From assembly GCF_032191835.1 (NCBI RefSeq), contig NC_083233.1:34658001-34722000 (forward strand): DNA of 64,000 nucleotides. Reading direction: 5' to 3'. The position numbers were made by a program, and so were the translations under genes. Shown piece after piece: positions 37,805 to 51,011 of this stretch. This stretch comes from Heteronotia binoei (lineage: Eukaryota). Under the pieces are notes generated by a model that was not told where the DNA came from, did no database searches, and saw nothing but the letters and a program-made list of their open reading frames with translations. The first letter of the stretch is position 1, and the number at the start of each line of letters is the position of its first letter.

Positions 37805-38020
37805 CAGTGTTCCCTCTAAGCTGAGTTATCATGAGCTAGCTCATAGATTTTTAGCCTCCAGCTCACACATTTTTGTCTTAGCTTAGGAAAAATGGCCCCA
37901 GAGTACAATAATTTATGCAATAGCTCACAACTTTAATGCCACTGTCTCACAACTTTAATACCAGTAGCTCACAAAGTAGAATTTTTGCTCACAAGATTCT
38001 GCAGCTTAGAGGGAACATTG
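37805..38020 (+). mobile_element. hAT-type MITE family A
   Basis: TIRs and TSD gtagtaac/gtagtagc. Confidence 0.85.
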
Positions 38021-39721
38021 GTAGTAGCCATCTGTAATACCTTAGCATAAATATAGCTGCTATGGATCTGTGATGCATTGGATGAAGTGAGCTCTGACTC
38101 ACAAATATTTATGGTGGTTTGAAGTCAATTAACTTGAAAGGAGGTAAAATAGTTACACCCTGTGGCGGAAAAATTCTAAGTTGGCCCTTTATGAAACACT
38201 CAGTTTACTATATGGAACACTCAAAACATTCACTGACTACAAGCCCCAGGATGCTTTGCAGGAAACAGCTCTCTTGAAAGTGGAAGTTAGGACACTATAG
38301 GTAGATTAAGGTAATTGAGATGGGAGGGCCAGGAATGAGCACCATTGGCATGAAAATTGTTTAGGTTTACCAGAGCTGGGAAATAAGGTTTATCAAGATT
38401 TTCTCTCTGGACATCATCAGAAGTCCAGATTGGCATCAAAAGGGTATGGAAATTATTCTACACTTAAGTGCTTCTGTTCTCTAGTTGTTGAGTGATATGT
38501 CAGAATAATGATTTTATAAGCAAGATGTTTATATTAAAAAAAGTCTTTGATGGTAAGGGGTTCACACATCCAGATAGTATATAAAGGTTGAATTTTTCAC
38601 TATTTCTTGCTGCCACGTCAGAGAACTGAACTGTTCTCTGGGGTGCCAGCCAATTCTCCTTTAGAGATCTCTGTTAGAAATTCTTTCAAGATAATCTAAA
38701 AGCTTTGGGGCACTTAGAATCTGCAATGCTTAAAGGACTTAGAATTTAGCAGGTATAATGTATAAGTATAGTTTATAAGAATAAGGTATAGCTTATAAAT
38801 TGTATAAACTGAGAACTGGAAATTGTTTTTCCCTCCACTGTATTTTGGGTACATAGAGAAATACAAGCTATCATATGTTTAAGGAATACCGTGAGCTGGG
38901 TCTGAGTCTCATGAATTTAGCTGCTGAGAACAAAAACGTGAGAATTGGTAAGTCTTGTGATTGGGTAAACCTCAAGAAGTGTCTATAAAATTAAAGGCAA
39001 TAAAGACATAATTTCCCCCACACACCCTTCAAAGTCCTTTGAAGGCAGTGGACTTCAAAGGATATAAAGTTGCTTAGGATGCCCTGTAATAGGGTTACCC
39101 TCTGTAATTATTTAAACTCATGAAGCCTAAACAAAATATTCTGCTTTCATTTGTGAACTTAATGGTGAAGACTATATCAGTAAATGAAAGTTGCAAATAA
39201 GGATTGCTAAGGTCTTGACTGATTGCTGTTGTTGTATCTCTTAGCAGCAGCAAGTTCATCTGTAAACATTAAAAGGCAAAGATGGTTATTTCTTTGAAAT
39301 AAAACACATATGGTTCCAGCAAATCAAAGAGTTGGATCCAACCAGCTTTTCCACCGGTGAAAAAGATTAGCCCCACAAAAGGCTAGATGGAGATTTTAGA
39401 ACCTGCATTGACAAACAGTATGAAGGACTAGGATGGCAGTAAGGAAAGGAATAGAAGGAAAAGGCTTGGATGGATCCAACAGAAACTGTTTAGAACTTTG
39501 GGGGTGGGGGGGAGGTTTCCACCCATCTCAACTCCCACTGATAAGTATGATTACAAATCCATGGGATTTACTTAGTTGGAATTGTGCACCTGTTGGATCT
39601 ATTGACATAAGCTGGCTTTATCAATAGCAAAACATTAAGCAGTTTCCAGTATGGATAGATACATGAGAACAGCATAAGTATAAATTATCTGGTACTTAAG
39701 TAATTACAGGAAAATATCTAC

Positions 39722-39774
39722 CTGTGTATGAACCTGTTGGTCTCTACTACAAAGAATACTTCAACAGGTAATGT
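39722..39774 (-). CDS. AKAP14: AKAP14 exon 4
   Basis: TLPVEVFFVVETNRFIHR; acceptor cctgttgcag, donor AG|gtagat. Confidence 0.88.
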
Positions 39775-40254
39775 CTGCAACAGGTATAAAAGTAGATGGT
39801 TAACACAATGAGGTCTTAAGGATTTCATTTTACTGAAAGAAGTCCCAGGTATCCAAGGTTTTCCAGTCCTCATGGAAACTGACAATCGATAATCACATTC
39901 AAGCAAGTGATGACCACATGCTCTCAGATAAGAGGACCTGGTACATAATACGCTCTGATATACAAAGAGGAGTTGTAGAGAATTCAAGCCATATTTGCAA
40001 TCAGCCCTTACCTCCCCTTCTTCAGTTTGTATCAAGTTTATCCCCCCAAATTCAGACCTTTTTGGGTTGCTACTATTACAGATGCAATGGTTAAAAGCCT
40101 TGGTTGCTTACAAATTTATAGAAGAAAATGGATGTTATCAGATCACTGCAAATAACGGTTTAAGGATCAAAACAGATCTTCACTAAGACACTCTAAGAAG
40201 GCTTGTACTGAGTATATTCAGAAAATAAGAGGCTGGAAGTATCAGAATTCTTAC

Positions 40255-40434
40255 ATCTGGTTTGATTTTGGAAACTTCTATGATGAAATAAACATTTGCA
40301 GTTGCTCGGGGGATGGGCTTCCTACGGGTTGGGATGCTCCAGCGTACCCGATAATGATATCTAGTACTGTACTGCAGTTCTTCATCTTCTAGATAGTTTG
40401 TCCAATGTAGCCAGCTCTCATGAAGCTCCCATGT
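40255..40434 (-). CDS. AKAP14: AKAP14 exon 3
   Basis: TWELHESWLHWTNYLEDEELQYSTRYHYRVRWSIPTRRKPIPRATANVYFIIEVSKIKPD (60 aa); acceptor attattctgcag, donor GAT|gtaag. Confidence 0.9.
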
Positions 40435-42997
40435 CTGCAGAATAATTTCAAGTCATTCTGAAGTTCTTTGTACATGTTCCTTACCTTCACAGTCTAATTC
40501 TTATTATACAATAGCACAGCTCCATTTGTAATACCAAGGGTACAATCCAGAGGAGATCAGGCATGCCGAAGGCTCATTGAAATCAGCAGGCCTTGCAGTG
40601 GAACTGTGATGCTTAGACAGTTCCTTGGGTGTCAGTCCCATTCTTTTCTTTTAGATGAGGTATGGCAGGGGCTACCATTGGGTCAAGGATATTACTCTGT
40701 GCATCTGGTGCAACAAAGCACACCTAGCTGCAGGCTGGAAAAGGGACAAGGGAGAAGAAGAGGAAAGTCTACATGGAATTTCCACACAGATATTCTTGAG
40801 ATCATTGACTGTGAGCTAAGATTTCATTGTCCCTGAAGTGCCAAACCAATGTCCGGGCTGTACCTATTCAGAATGCAAGTGGGAAGCTCATGTGATTTAA
40901 TGCTTCTCCATTAAAAAAATGAAATCCTGCATATAGGCATGTTAGTTCTCTATCCATTAGTAAGATATTGTAGTCAGTCAAGTGAATGCTAAGTCTGAAG
41001 TGGAACAGCCCGGACACCGATTTGCAATCCAAGTGAGAATCAGGCCGAAGTCTCACATTTTTGTTTATACACAGTTCAATAAGAAATCAGGCAGCTCTCA
41101 CTTTTTAGTATTCTGACCAAAGAGTTGCAGCCAAATGCATCGAGATGATAAATGTTTGGACCCTTAACCTACAGTAATCAAAAATGTTATGACAGGTTAA
41201 TTTGATATTACAAACAACCAAGGTTTTTTTTTTTTTGTAGAAAAAGCCCAGTGTCAAGCATGGTGAAATCCCATTGATAATTGATGGTGTAAGGGTCCTG
41301 CCTAACCTGGTCTGTGAAACATCATGGAGGATCCAACTTTCTTAGCTTGTTATTCTTTCCCTTTCCCCTTCTTGCTTTATGGCTATTAATTAGAAGTAGT
41401 GAGAACTGAAACCAAGTAATCAGCACCTTCCCATACATTCCAGTAAGGGAGTGAGAGACATCTGGAGAAAGCAAGGACACAGTCCTGATAACACTATGGG
41501 AATGTAGACATTTATGATAGTTTATGTGTGAATGCTACCCCCCAACCCCATCCCTTGGAATCCCTTTGAAGTAGGGTTTAAAATTATTGTATCAATGTGT
41601 ATTTGGCATTACTCTCAATAACCTGTTACCAAAGTATCGGTCTATCAATAACCTAGTCTTTGTATCAACTTCGACTCGTCACTGAACCCACATGCTTGAC
41701 ACCCAGCAGGAATTCATTTGTATATTAGGCCACACCTGCTGATGCCAAGCCAGATGGAACTGTGTTCCTATGTGTTCCTGCTCATAAAAAGCCCTGCGAA
41801 CAGCCATCTAATGCAGGTTGTGTTGCTGATCACCCAAAGACCACATGTTTCTCAAATAATAAACCATGTATTTATTGCTGATTTTTAACACAATGGGTTA
41901 TGTTATACTGTTCTGCAGAGCCTTCCAGTGTAAGAAGCCTTCCTCCAATGCAAGAGACTGAGCCTTCATTCCTTGGAGTAAGGTTCCTTGTGCAAGGAAA
42001 GGTGCCAGTGGCCCCATTCACCCACCCTGCTTTCCCCTTCACTGATTCTCTTTTTTAGTCTTGTGTTACAATTACCTTCATTGTTACAAGATAACATCAT
42101 TTTCGATCAGTTGTATACTGCTGTTCTACTCAGTTAACAATGACACCTTTGATTAGACTAAGGAGCCAAACATTTATCAACTGGAAGCTACCAGCCTCCA
42201 GATGGGGCTAGAGATCACCTGGAATTACAATTGATCTCCAATTGGACTTTTATTGTTTGCTGATCTATGACCATTATAAATAAATTCAATTCAATTGATC
42301 TCCAGACTACAGAGGTTGGTTCCCTTGAGAAAAACAGTTGCTCTGGAGGATGGACCCTATGGCATTTATATCCTGCTGAAGTCCCTCCCCTTCCCAGGAT
42401 CCACCCCCAAATCTCCAGGAATTTCCCAACCAGGAGATAACTCTAGGTCAATAAATTAGGGCTACCAGCCCCCAGGTGTGACCTGAGGATCCCTTGGAAT
42501 TACAGCTCATCTCCAGACTACGGAAGATACTTCTCTTAGGGAAAATGGCAGCTTTGGAGGGTGGACTCTGCAGCACTGTATCCCACTGAGGACCCTGGCC
42601 TACCCCGCCTGCATCTGCAAATCTCCAGGAGTTTCCCAACCTGGATCTCGCAACTGTATCCCCTCCCCATCCCCTGCCGGTAGCTGAGGGGGACCTGGCA
42701 ACCCTGGTCAAGGTTATGTTTCTGGGTTTTGTTTCTTGACTAAAATAAAAGTATTTAATCTTACTGTCATCAGCATAAAGCATCAGTAAATAAGTAACTT
42801 TTACGTAAGTAGAAATGTACCTTAATAAAGCCAATATAAATTCTTTGATAGCATTTCAGAAGTTAAATTTGTCTTTTGGAACTACTTGTAGGTACCTCGA
42901 CTAGCTACAGGCCTGCATCTAGCCAACTTCCAACCCTCGATTCACACATCCGGCAAGGCTGGGTCTGAAGGTAATGAAGTTCATAAATTCTCCTTAC

Positions 42998-43089
42998 TTT
43001 CAAGTATGCCTCAATCTGCAGCAGCCCTTTTGCTGTTGTGAAGTCCTTGCACATCAGCCACTTGATGTTTCTCACCTCGTATTTGGCTC
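42998..43089 (-). CDS. AKAP14: AKAP14 exon 2
   Basis: GAKYEVRNIKWLMCKDFTTAKGLLQIEAYLK resembles human [24 protein letters not shown]; donor AAA|gtaagg. Confidence 0.9.
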
Positions 43090-43175
43090 CTGCAACTGAA
43101 GAAGGCACAGCTTAGTGCCCAGCACAGATGGATTTCCCACCCTTTTGGAAATTTCAAAGATAGGACCAGTAATAC

Positions 43176-43302
43176 CTGCCTCCTTTGGTTGTTCTTCTGG
43201 TCCTGCAATAACCTCCACAGCGCTTCTGATTGCATCGTCAACAACTATGTATGCAAGCTCGGGGAGAGAGTCAAAGGGAATTTCTGTGTTTTTCCAGGCC
43301 AT
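43176..43302 (-). CDS. AKAP14: AKAP14 exon 1 (includes PKA-R binding amphipathic helix)
   Basis: MAWKNTEIPFDSLPELAYIVVDDAIRSAVEVIAGPEEQPKEA; donor CAG|gtatta followed by an 86-nt intron; five exons total 537 nt. Confidence 0.82.
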
Positions 43303-43423
43303 TGTTCACAACCTTCCAAAAAGAGATAAAACTAATTAGATTGCATGGGATCATGAGGGTGTTCTGCAGCAGGGAAAGAAAGTGCTTTGCGATAGGCAAG
43401 GCTCTTGCATACCCTGCAGTAAT

Positions 43424-43477
43424 AACAGGATTTATTACAAGGAAAAGTTAAACAGGATTTATTACAAGGAAAAGTTA
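43424..43477. repeat. Perfect 27-bp tandem duplication
   Basis: aacaggatttattacaaggaaaagtta x2. Confidence 0.95.
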
Positions 43478-43619
43478 AATAATTTTACCTGATACATGAG
43501 GTTGGATCCAACCAGGTTTTTCACTGGTGCAAAAAGGAGGAGGGGGACTCCTGTGATCTCCAAAAAGGATGGATCCCCCCCAAAAGGATGTATTTAGTCA
43601 AGAACAGTTGGCTGTCTTT

Positions 43620-44660
43620 GGGGCCAGAGATCACCAGCACATTGTTCTCAGCAGAGCATAACGCTCTTCAGGGGACATATCAGAGGATGCGGTCCTGAAG
43701 GCACATGGGTCCCTGACCACTCACAGCCTTAAAAGTCAATGCCAGCACCTTGAACCTGACTCAGTACTCCACTGGAAGCCAGTGTAATTGGTACATCACA
43801 GAATGAATATGTGCCATCCGTAATATTCCCATCAGGATTTAAACCACCACATTCTGGATCAGACTCTCAAAGGAAGGCCAGCATACAGCAAGTTACAACA
43901 GTCTAGCCTGGCGGCGACTGCTGTATGAATTACTGTGGCTAGGTCAGGGCACAACAAGAAAGGGACTAATTGCTGGGCTTAGTGTAGATGGAAGAATACC
44001 AGCCTGGCAACATTTGTGACCTGGGCCTCCATGGAAAAGGAATTATCCAGGGCCAAACTCCTGATGGTTTGCGCCGGTGTCAATGATGCCCCGTCAAGAG
44101 TGGGAAGTCTGTGCCCCAACCCTGAAGCCACACAACCTCCATCTTTGTTGGATTCAGTCAGCTCTTTTTTAACCATCCCACCACAGACTCCAAACCCATC
44201 GCCAAATTATGTGAGATGGTATCTGGGCAGCTGTCCATTAACAGTTATAGCTGGGTGTCATCAGCGTACTGATGACGCACCAGCTTGGCAAGAGGGTGTT
44301 TATAGATGTTAAATAATATTAGGGAGATGATTGCTCCCTGAGGAACCCCACATATTAAGGGATACCTAGCTGACACCCTCTCCCCCAGTGCCACTGTCTG
44401 TCCCTGACCAAGTCGAAATGAGGAAAGCCATTTCAGGGCTACCTCACAGATTCCCACTTGCCATTTGCTCATCTGCCAGACAGACTGGATGGATAGCTGT
44501 TTTTAAACATGATCTGGGTATGATAACCATTAAACACGATCTGGGTATGAAGATAAATGCAGCAAGCAGTGCATTCCAGGTCAAACTCTCAAAGGCAGGC
44601 CAGTGTAGAGAGAGTTACAGTAGTCTGTCTAGTCTAAAGGTGACTACAGCACTACATGCA
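43620..44660 (-). mobile_element. Degraded L2-clade LINE reverse transcriptase fragments
   Basis: Minus ORFs with PLICGVPQGAIISLILFNIY...QYADDTQL (RT motifs) and SMEAQVTNVARLVFFHL. Confidence 0.8.
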
Positions 44661-46513
44661 TTTTCCTGTTTAATAAAGCAGACTGGGTTTCAGCTCCTCC
44701 CCACAACATCTTAGATCATTTGTTATGCTCATACGCATATGCACAAAGGGGGACAAGTAATTGGAAGGCTCTGTCCTTTGTACTTGTTCAGAGACTGTCT
44801 TTACCAGGATTCCCCAAGGCACTGGTAGCATAGGAAGAGAAACATACTTTACATGCAAGCAAGCACATAATACATATATAAGAACACAGAGAGACCCAGG
44901 GTGGGACAGGCTAAACTGGAGATTATGGGCCCTGACTGGGTGAAAGAGATGGGGGATATAGTAAGGAGAGTAATTAGAGGAGATGAAGTAAAAAGGCTGG
45001 CTGGATATGACCTGTGTTATGCAAGTTAATCCCATCTACATACAGCTCTGCTTAGTTCTGCATTCTTTGCTGTTTCTGCTAGAGCAGGGGTGTCAAACAT
45101 GCAGCCCGCACAAGGCTCAAATCCGCCCCCCCCCAAGTCCCCCAGAGCTGGCAACCTTTACACTCCACCACAACTGCTCGTGATGAAAACGTACAGCCCC
45201 TGACACAAGAAGGTAGGTGTCATAGAAACAGGGCATTTATTCTGGGGAAAAGGGTGCCAGAACTCTCAAGTGGGAAACGAAGGAGAAATGCAGCGAGTGC
45301 CTCTCGTGAACTTTTAAACTTTTTTTTAGACTTTTGTTTCCATGAAGAGATTCTGGAATTCCATTCCACCATGTTCCCCCAGAAAAAAATAACAGCCCTT
45401 GGAAATAATGATCAAGCCTGCTTCACTAGGCATCCAATTGATCACAGCACTTCTTCCTCCCAAAAGCAGCTTGGGGATGTTTAATTACCTGTGTGATTCT
45501 ACCTTCCAAGTTCTTCTCTCTTGTGATGAGATGTGCTTTATTTCTCCCAGGGACGCTGCTCCCCAGGGCTCATTATGCAGTGGACTGGCAGGCGTCCCTA
45601 GTAAGTGTTTGGTCATAATCGTCACCCAGGCAACACCAGTTCAGCCAATAGAACGACAGCATTGATGTACAGGCATTCCATCCTGTTTAAAAGAAGTGTG
45701 CTGTTGAAGAACGGTTTGTTGTGCACATCAATGTTATCATTGGGCAGTGAGAGGCCAGAAGGAGATCACTGCCAAGTTTCTGTTTTCCATTTTGGAGTGG
45801 TGCAGGATCTTTACCCTCCATCCATTGCTAAATGTTGGCTGGGCAGTGTTGGAAACAAAATGTAATATGGACTTTGGCCTGTCTCATATGCAGGGCAGTC
45901 CTATATGAAAAAAAATGTAACAATTGGGGCCTGATTTCAATGTACTGCCTGATATGCCAAAGAACTCACTCATGCAACTTTGCAGTCACATAACACCTTA
46001 TTGGCTGCTATTCATGCAAAGTAGCTAATTACAATGCCAGCATAACTCCCACCTCCCAGAATTACAATGGATTTCCAGACTACAGAAATGAGCTCCCCTG
46101 AGAAAGTGGGGGGAGTGGAGGAAGGAGAGCTAGCTTTACCAAGCTCTCTCAATTGCACAGCAGAGCTACTGAACCAAGACTCTCTTCCTTCTGTTGACTG
46201 AGGCTCAACAAGCCAGTGAGGTGGATTAGGCTGAGTGTGTGCGTTTGTCTGTGTCCTTTATAAAGTTTATATTTCCCCTACCTAACATTACATTTTATGA
46301 CACACATGGCCTGGCCCAAGAAGGTAAACGGCCCTCATAACAAATTAGTTTGACACCCCTGCTTTATGTACCACTTCCCCACATCAAATTCCCTCCCTTC
46401 TCAGGAACCACCTCCAAATCTTCCAGATTTTTCCAGTCTGGAGTTGGCAACCCTAGCTGTACATCTCTGCATGAGTCGCTGCTCTGGGCTTATTTCTGCT
46501 AATTAGATTAGTT

Positions 46514-46717
46514 CAGGGCTTTTTTGGTAGAAAAAGCCCAGCAGGAATTAATTTGCATATCAGGCTATACCCCCTGACATCACCATTGTTCCACACAGGG
46601 CTTTTTTTTGTAGAAAAGGCACAGTAGTGATTCATTTGCATATTAGGCCACACCCCTGATGCCAAGCCAGCTGAAACTACATTCCTGTGCGTTCCTGCAA
46701 AAAAAAAAAAAGCCCTG
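46514..46717 (+). mobile_element. hAT-type MITE family B
   Basis: TIRs; TSD gattagtt/gatgagtg (2 mismatches). Confidence 0.8.
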
Positions 46718-47929
46718 GATGAGTGAATCCTGCAGACACAATGGGTGGGGTAGGCTCCCTGGCAGGTGGGTATTTCTTGTTCTCATCCTAAAAGTGTTCC
46801 TGTAAGAGTAAGTTCTGCCTCCAGTGTTAACTTTAAAAAAAAAGATCAAGGTAGGCAGCCATGTTGGTCTGAATAGAACAAAGTTAGAGTCCAGTGGCAT
46901 CTTCAAGACCAATGAAGTTTTATTCAAGGTGTGAGGTTTTGTGCACAAGCACGCTTCCTCAGACAATGAAATGGAAATAGAAATAGCAGTTGCACATAAA
47001 GAGGGTGGGTTGTAAATTAGCATGCAAAAGAATGTAGATGTTTTTAACAAATTAAAAGAAGAACAAGCTTGACTTGTGTTTATCCGTTTGTGTTCAGCTA
47101 TGGGGGCAGGGATAACATAGTATGTTTCAGAACTTTACGAAATGATGACTGCAACCACCTGATCCCTGCTTTTCATGGTTTTGCCAGAGCAGCCAATGAT
47201 GTGAGTGAGAGCTTTAAGAGACATTCCGAATTATCAAGATAATGCCCAGGAATTACAGAAACGTACCATGCTTTTGGGCACAGTACTAATTTCCCTAACT
47301 TCTTTTAATTTCTTCAGCTTGTGACAGGAAATCTGGGTTTCAGCTTTAATCAATTTCCAAGCTCAGACCCACTTCCTTTGCAGCGAGGTGCTAGATTTCC
47401 CACAGCTAATGGCTGGGGTGCTTTGTAGAGAGATCTCACTCCCTGCAAAAGACAAATTCAGACAGGAAGTATGATGAGTTTGTCATGGGTTAGCATTTCC
47501 AGCCCTGTCAACCTTTGCAGTATGCTTTTTTGTTCATTCCTATGACATCCCAAACTTTATGACATCCCAAAAAGAAGGTGGGAGGCATATTTGTCTGCTT
47601 TTTCTTTTCCTTATAATCGGCTAAGATACCGGTGAGAACAATTGTGCATTTGTTGTCAAACTACAAAGCAAACGCAGGTGACCTTGAAGTTTGGCAGAGC
47701 AGCCACTGATGTGGAGACTTTGAAGAGACAGTTCAGTCTTATCAAGGTAGTGTCCAGGAATTACAGAAATGTACCATGCTTGTGGGCTACCTTTCCCTGA
47801 AAACTCTTGATCTCTTGGGTTCAACATCCACATATTTCTCATACTAATAATAGCTCTTTGCCTTGAAAACTGTTTAAAGTGGGAACAAGAAAAACCACTT
47901 TAAAAATCTTCAAATATACTTTGGAGCAA

Positions 47930-48149
47930 TATATGAACATGAACATATGAAGCTGCCTTATACTGAATCAGACCTTTGGTCCATCAAAGTCAGTATTGTC
48001 TTCTCAGACTGGCAGCGGCTCTCCAGGGTCTCAAGCTGAGATTTTTCACATCTATTTACCTGGACCCTTTTTTGGAGATGCCAGGGATTGAACCTGGGAC
48101 CTTCTGCTTCCCAAGCAGAAGCTCTACCACTGAGCCACCGTCCCTTCCC
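47930..48149 (-). mobile_element. Young tRNA-derived SINE with (TTCATATG)-like tail
   Basis: Minus head GGGAAGGGACGGTGGCTCAGTGGTAGAGC...GGTTCAATCCCTGGCATCTCCA with intact A and B boxes, followed by non-tRNA body. Confidence 0.8.
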
Positions 48150-48377
48150 GAGTATGTATAATAAAGAGCTGATGCAACCGTACTAGAATTTTGTGCGTTT
48201 GGATGCAAGAAGTCCTGACTCCTGAGTTCAAACTTCACTGCAATCATGAACTTACTTGCCTATCTTACAGAGTTGATACAAAAATATGTAATGTGAACTT
48301 TTCAGTAACAGCACCAAAGCATATAAGGCCCCTCCTGAAGGAGGTCCAATTGGCAGGCTTACCAAATTGCTTAACAC

Positions 48378-48562
48378 CAGGACTTTTTTGAGCAGGAACA
48401 CACAGATACACAGTTCTGGCTGGCTTGGTGTCAGGAGGTGTGGCCTAATATGCAAATCTTTCCAGATTGGCTTTTTCTTCATGCCCTGTATGAGACAATC
48501 AGGGGGTGTGGCCTGATATGTAAATTAATTCTTACTGGGCTTTTTCTCCAAAAAAGCCCTGT
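48378..48562 (-). mobile_element. hAT-type MITE family B
   Basis: TIRs; TSD cttaacac/tttaacac. Confidence 0.82.
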
Positions 48563-49114
48563 TTAACACTATTTGGCTTGGGGGGGGGGGGGTTGAGAGG
48601 TGTGTGTGTGTGTGTGTTTGGCTTGTTTTTGTCAGTTATTTTGATGGTTTTGGTTCTGACTGATCTTCAACTTTGAGATAAATAGGAATATTTAGTTATT
48701 CTCTGGACGCTTTAACAGATTTTGCATGCATAAACAATGCAATCATGTGAACCAGAATTAAATCAATATGGGAAAGTAAAGAGCTACCTCCATGTAGGGG
48801 AAAATGTGCAAACTGCACATCATTATTTCACCAAATACAGACTCCAGAAAGCAACGCCCCTCATGGGTACATGCCATGAAGCAAATGCATTCAATGATCA
48901 TGCTTTTCCAGACACAGAAGTCCTTTTCAGTGGAGGTAAATTAGTATCCTTTCAAAGGGGCAACGCACTGTGTAATCTTTGACTGTGCAAATTCCTAAAT
49001 CCATCTCCTTATTTTTCCCTGAGAGGAAACCTAGTTCCCAGTAAAAAGAAGCGACATGTGAACAAGAGGTCTTTTGAATCCAAAATGGGCAGAAAATGAA
49101 ATTGTTATGGCTCA

Positions 49115-49125
49115 ATGACTCAGCA
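49115..49125 (+). promoter_or_regulatory. NF-E2/Nrf2-sMAF (ARE) / AP-1 consensus site
   Basis: ATGACTCAGCA, exact match to RTGACTCAGCA, about 100 bp upstream of the Reeler-gene ATG. Confidence 0.45.
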
Positions 49126-49225
49126 GGGCCCTCCCTTTAATTTTAAAGATTTTTTTCCCAAGTCTCAGATAGTTCGTTATTGAGATCAAGGAGAGCAGGC
49201 ATAACAGCTCCTTTTCTCCTTGGCT

Positions 49226-49433
49226 ATGGCTCACTGGAATTTCTCCCTTCTCTTTGGCTCCGCAGTCCTTTGGGCTATGCTGATTCCATGCCGTGCCTTC
49301 CCAACAGGAGCTCCTGCCTCAGCCTGTGAGAACATGTTACCTGTGCACACTGGGGTCCAGCCCCAACCAACTCGGGCTCCCTATGAATTTCTGTTGAGCT
49401 CACCGTCTTTCCTAAACGGGCAACCAATTAACA
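49226..49433 (+). CDS. Reeler-domain protein exon 1 (signal peptide and start of Reeler domain)
   Basis: gctATGg; MAHWNFSLLFGSAVLWAMLIPCRA-FPTGAPASACENMLPVHTGVQPQPTRAPY (FPxGAP..C..MxPxH is the Reeler N-terminal signature); donor A|gtaagt. Confidence 0.9.
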
Positions 49434-50898
49434 GTAAGTACCTCTTTCTAACTTTTGTTGAAATAATTCGCTTCAAAGCTATAATATTGAGGCGATCAAG
49501 TGAGATTACTTTTATCCTCCCTAATCTTTGGTTATGCTAGTAATTGAGGATATTTCCTTAATAGTCACAAAGGGTTGGGAAATGTTTTTGACCTGGCATT
49601 TGATAGCTGCTGGCTACTAGGGAGAGTTGCCAGCTCTGAGTTGTGAAATTGCTGGAGATTTGGGAGGTGGAGCCTGGGGTGTGCAGAGTTTGGGGAAGGA
49701 CAGACCTCAGTGGGCTGTAATTGCATAGTGTTCACATTCCAAGTAGCCTTTTCCTCCAGGGGAACTCACCCATTTTACCTGGAGACTGGTTGTAATTCCA
49801 AGAGATCTCCTGCCACCACCTGGAGACTGGCAACCCTACTATTAGTTTGGAACCTTGAAGGGGAGATGGCTGAAAAGGATCAGTAAAGTAAAAAAAAATG
49901 CAATCTTTAAAAAGAGAACAACCCCATGTAAGACTGAGGCTGGCTAGGACCCTTGGGGGAAAAGACAAAACGCCAGCATGGATAGGGTGAAGTAGACCTC
50001 CATTGAGAGGGAGTTCCAGAGTTGTGCAGGCTCTGAAAAGAAGACTCGGTCTTCTGCAATGCATGTCCACATAGAGCAGGTCCTCTAAGATGATATAACC
50101 TTTTTTCACTCAGATTCACCCAGTTTCCCTCCTTACTGTGCCTGTAATCTTCAAAACAGCCTTTTTTGTGGTCAAAGTGATCTTTTCAGCAGCAGGTAAT
50201 TATATCTAGCCCTGATTTCAGTGCCAAAGTCTATATAGAAGGAGGTGAAGTAAGGTAGTCTGAATTTGGCACTGGTGACCAAGCTGTCTTTCCGGAATTG
50301 GGTACTACAATTAATCCAGAGGATCATAGTTTCCTATGAAACTATGAAAGAGCACCCAGACCTGGTTTACACATGCAAGAGAATGAAATGGCAGGACATG
50401 AAATGGTGGAACAACATACTAAAAATGTTGGGCAGCTAAAATAGATTTTGCCATGTTGGCCTACAGGGAATGGGGATGGATTCTAGCTCTGAATGTCCCT
50501 TGAAAGAAAGAGAACTAGCGCTGCTAGATGCAAGGTCTTCTCTCGTGGTTGGCTGCACTGGTTCTACATTTACAGGGAGTCTTTAAACGTCATGGAACAT
50601 TATAAAATGTGATTATCTGTTATTTGAAATGGCATGATCCATTCCACCACCCTGAGTCTCCACTACCTCATTGCTCCTGTTATGTTTGACAAAACCGAGT
50701 ATTTGTTCCATGTGATTATTGGCTTGCAGCCGATCAGAGTTTCCTGTAGGTGGTAGGGTCTCTGACCATGTATTGCAGCTTTCCCATTTTCCCTTTTCCT
50801 GCTGCAGCCTGAAATGCCCCCTTTAAATGCTGGCAACCCCCACTCCCTTGTCCATGCAGATGTGTGTGACAGGATCCAACCCCCTGTTCTCTCTCCAG

Positions 50899-51011
50899 TT
50901 CAGATCCTTGGCCCTGCCTACAAAGGACTGTTATTAGAGGCTCGCTCCTTTGGCTCCAACGCTGCCCTGGGCATTTGGAAAACTCCACCTAACAACACAA
51001 AATTCTTGCAG
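50899..51011 (+). CDS. Reeler-domain protein exon 2
   Basis: IQILGPAYKGLLLEARSFGSNAALGIWKTPPNNTKFLQ (Reeler F/YxGxLLxAR motif); acceptor ctctctccag, donor CAG|gtaaga. Confidence 0.92.

Noticed and set aside
48070-48149. tRNA gene
   Set aside because: tRNA-like head continues into a SINE body and tail, and a diverged paralogue exists at 9372-9575.
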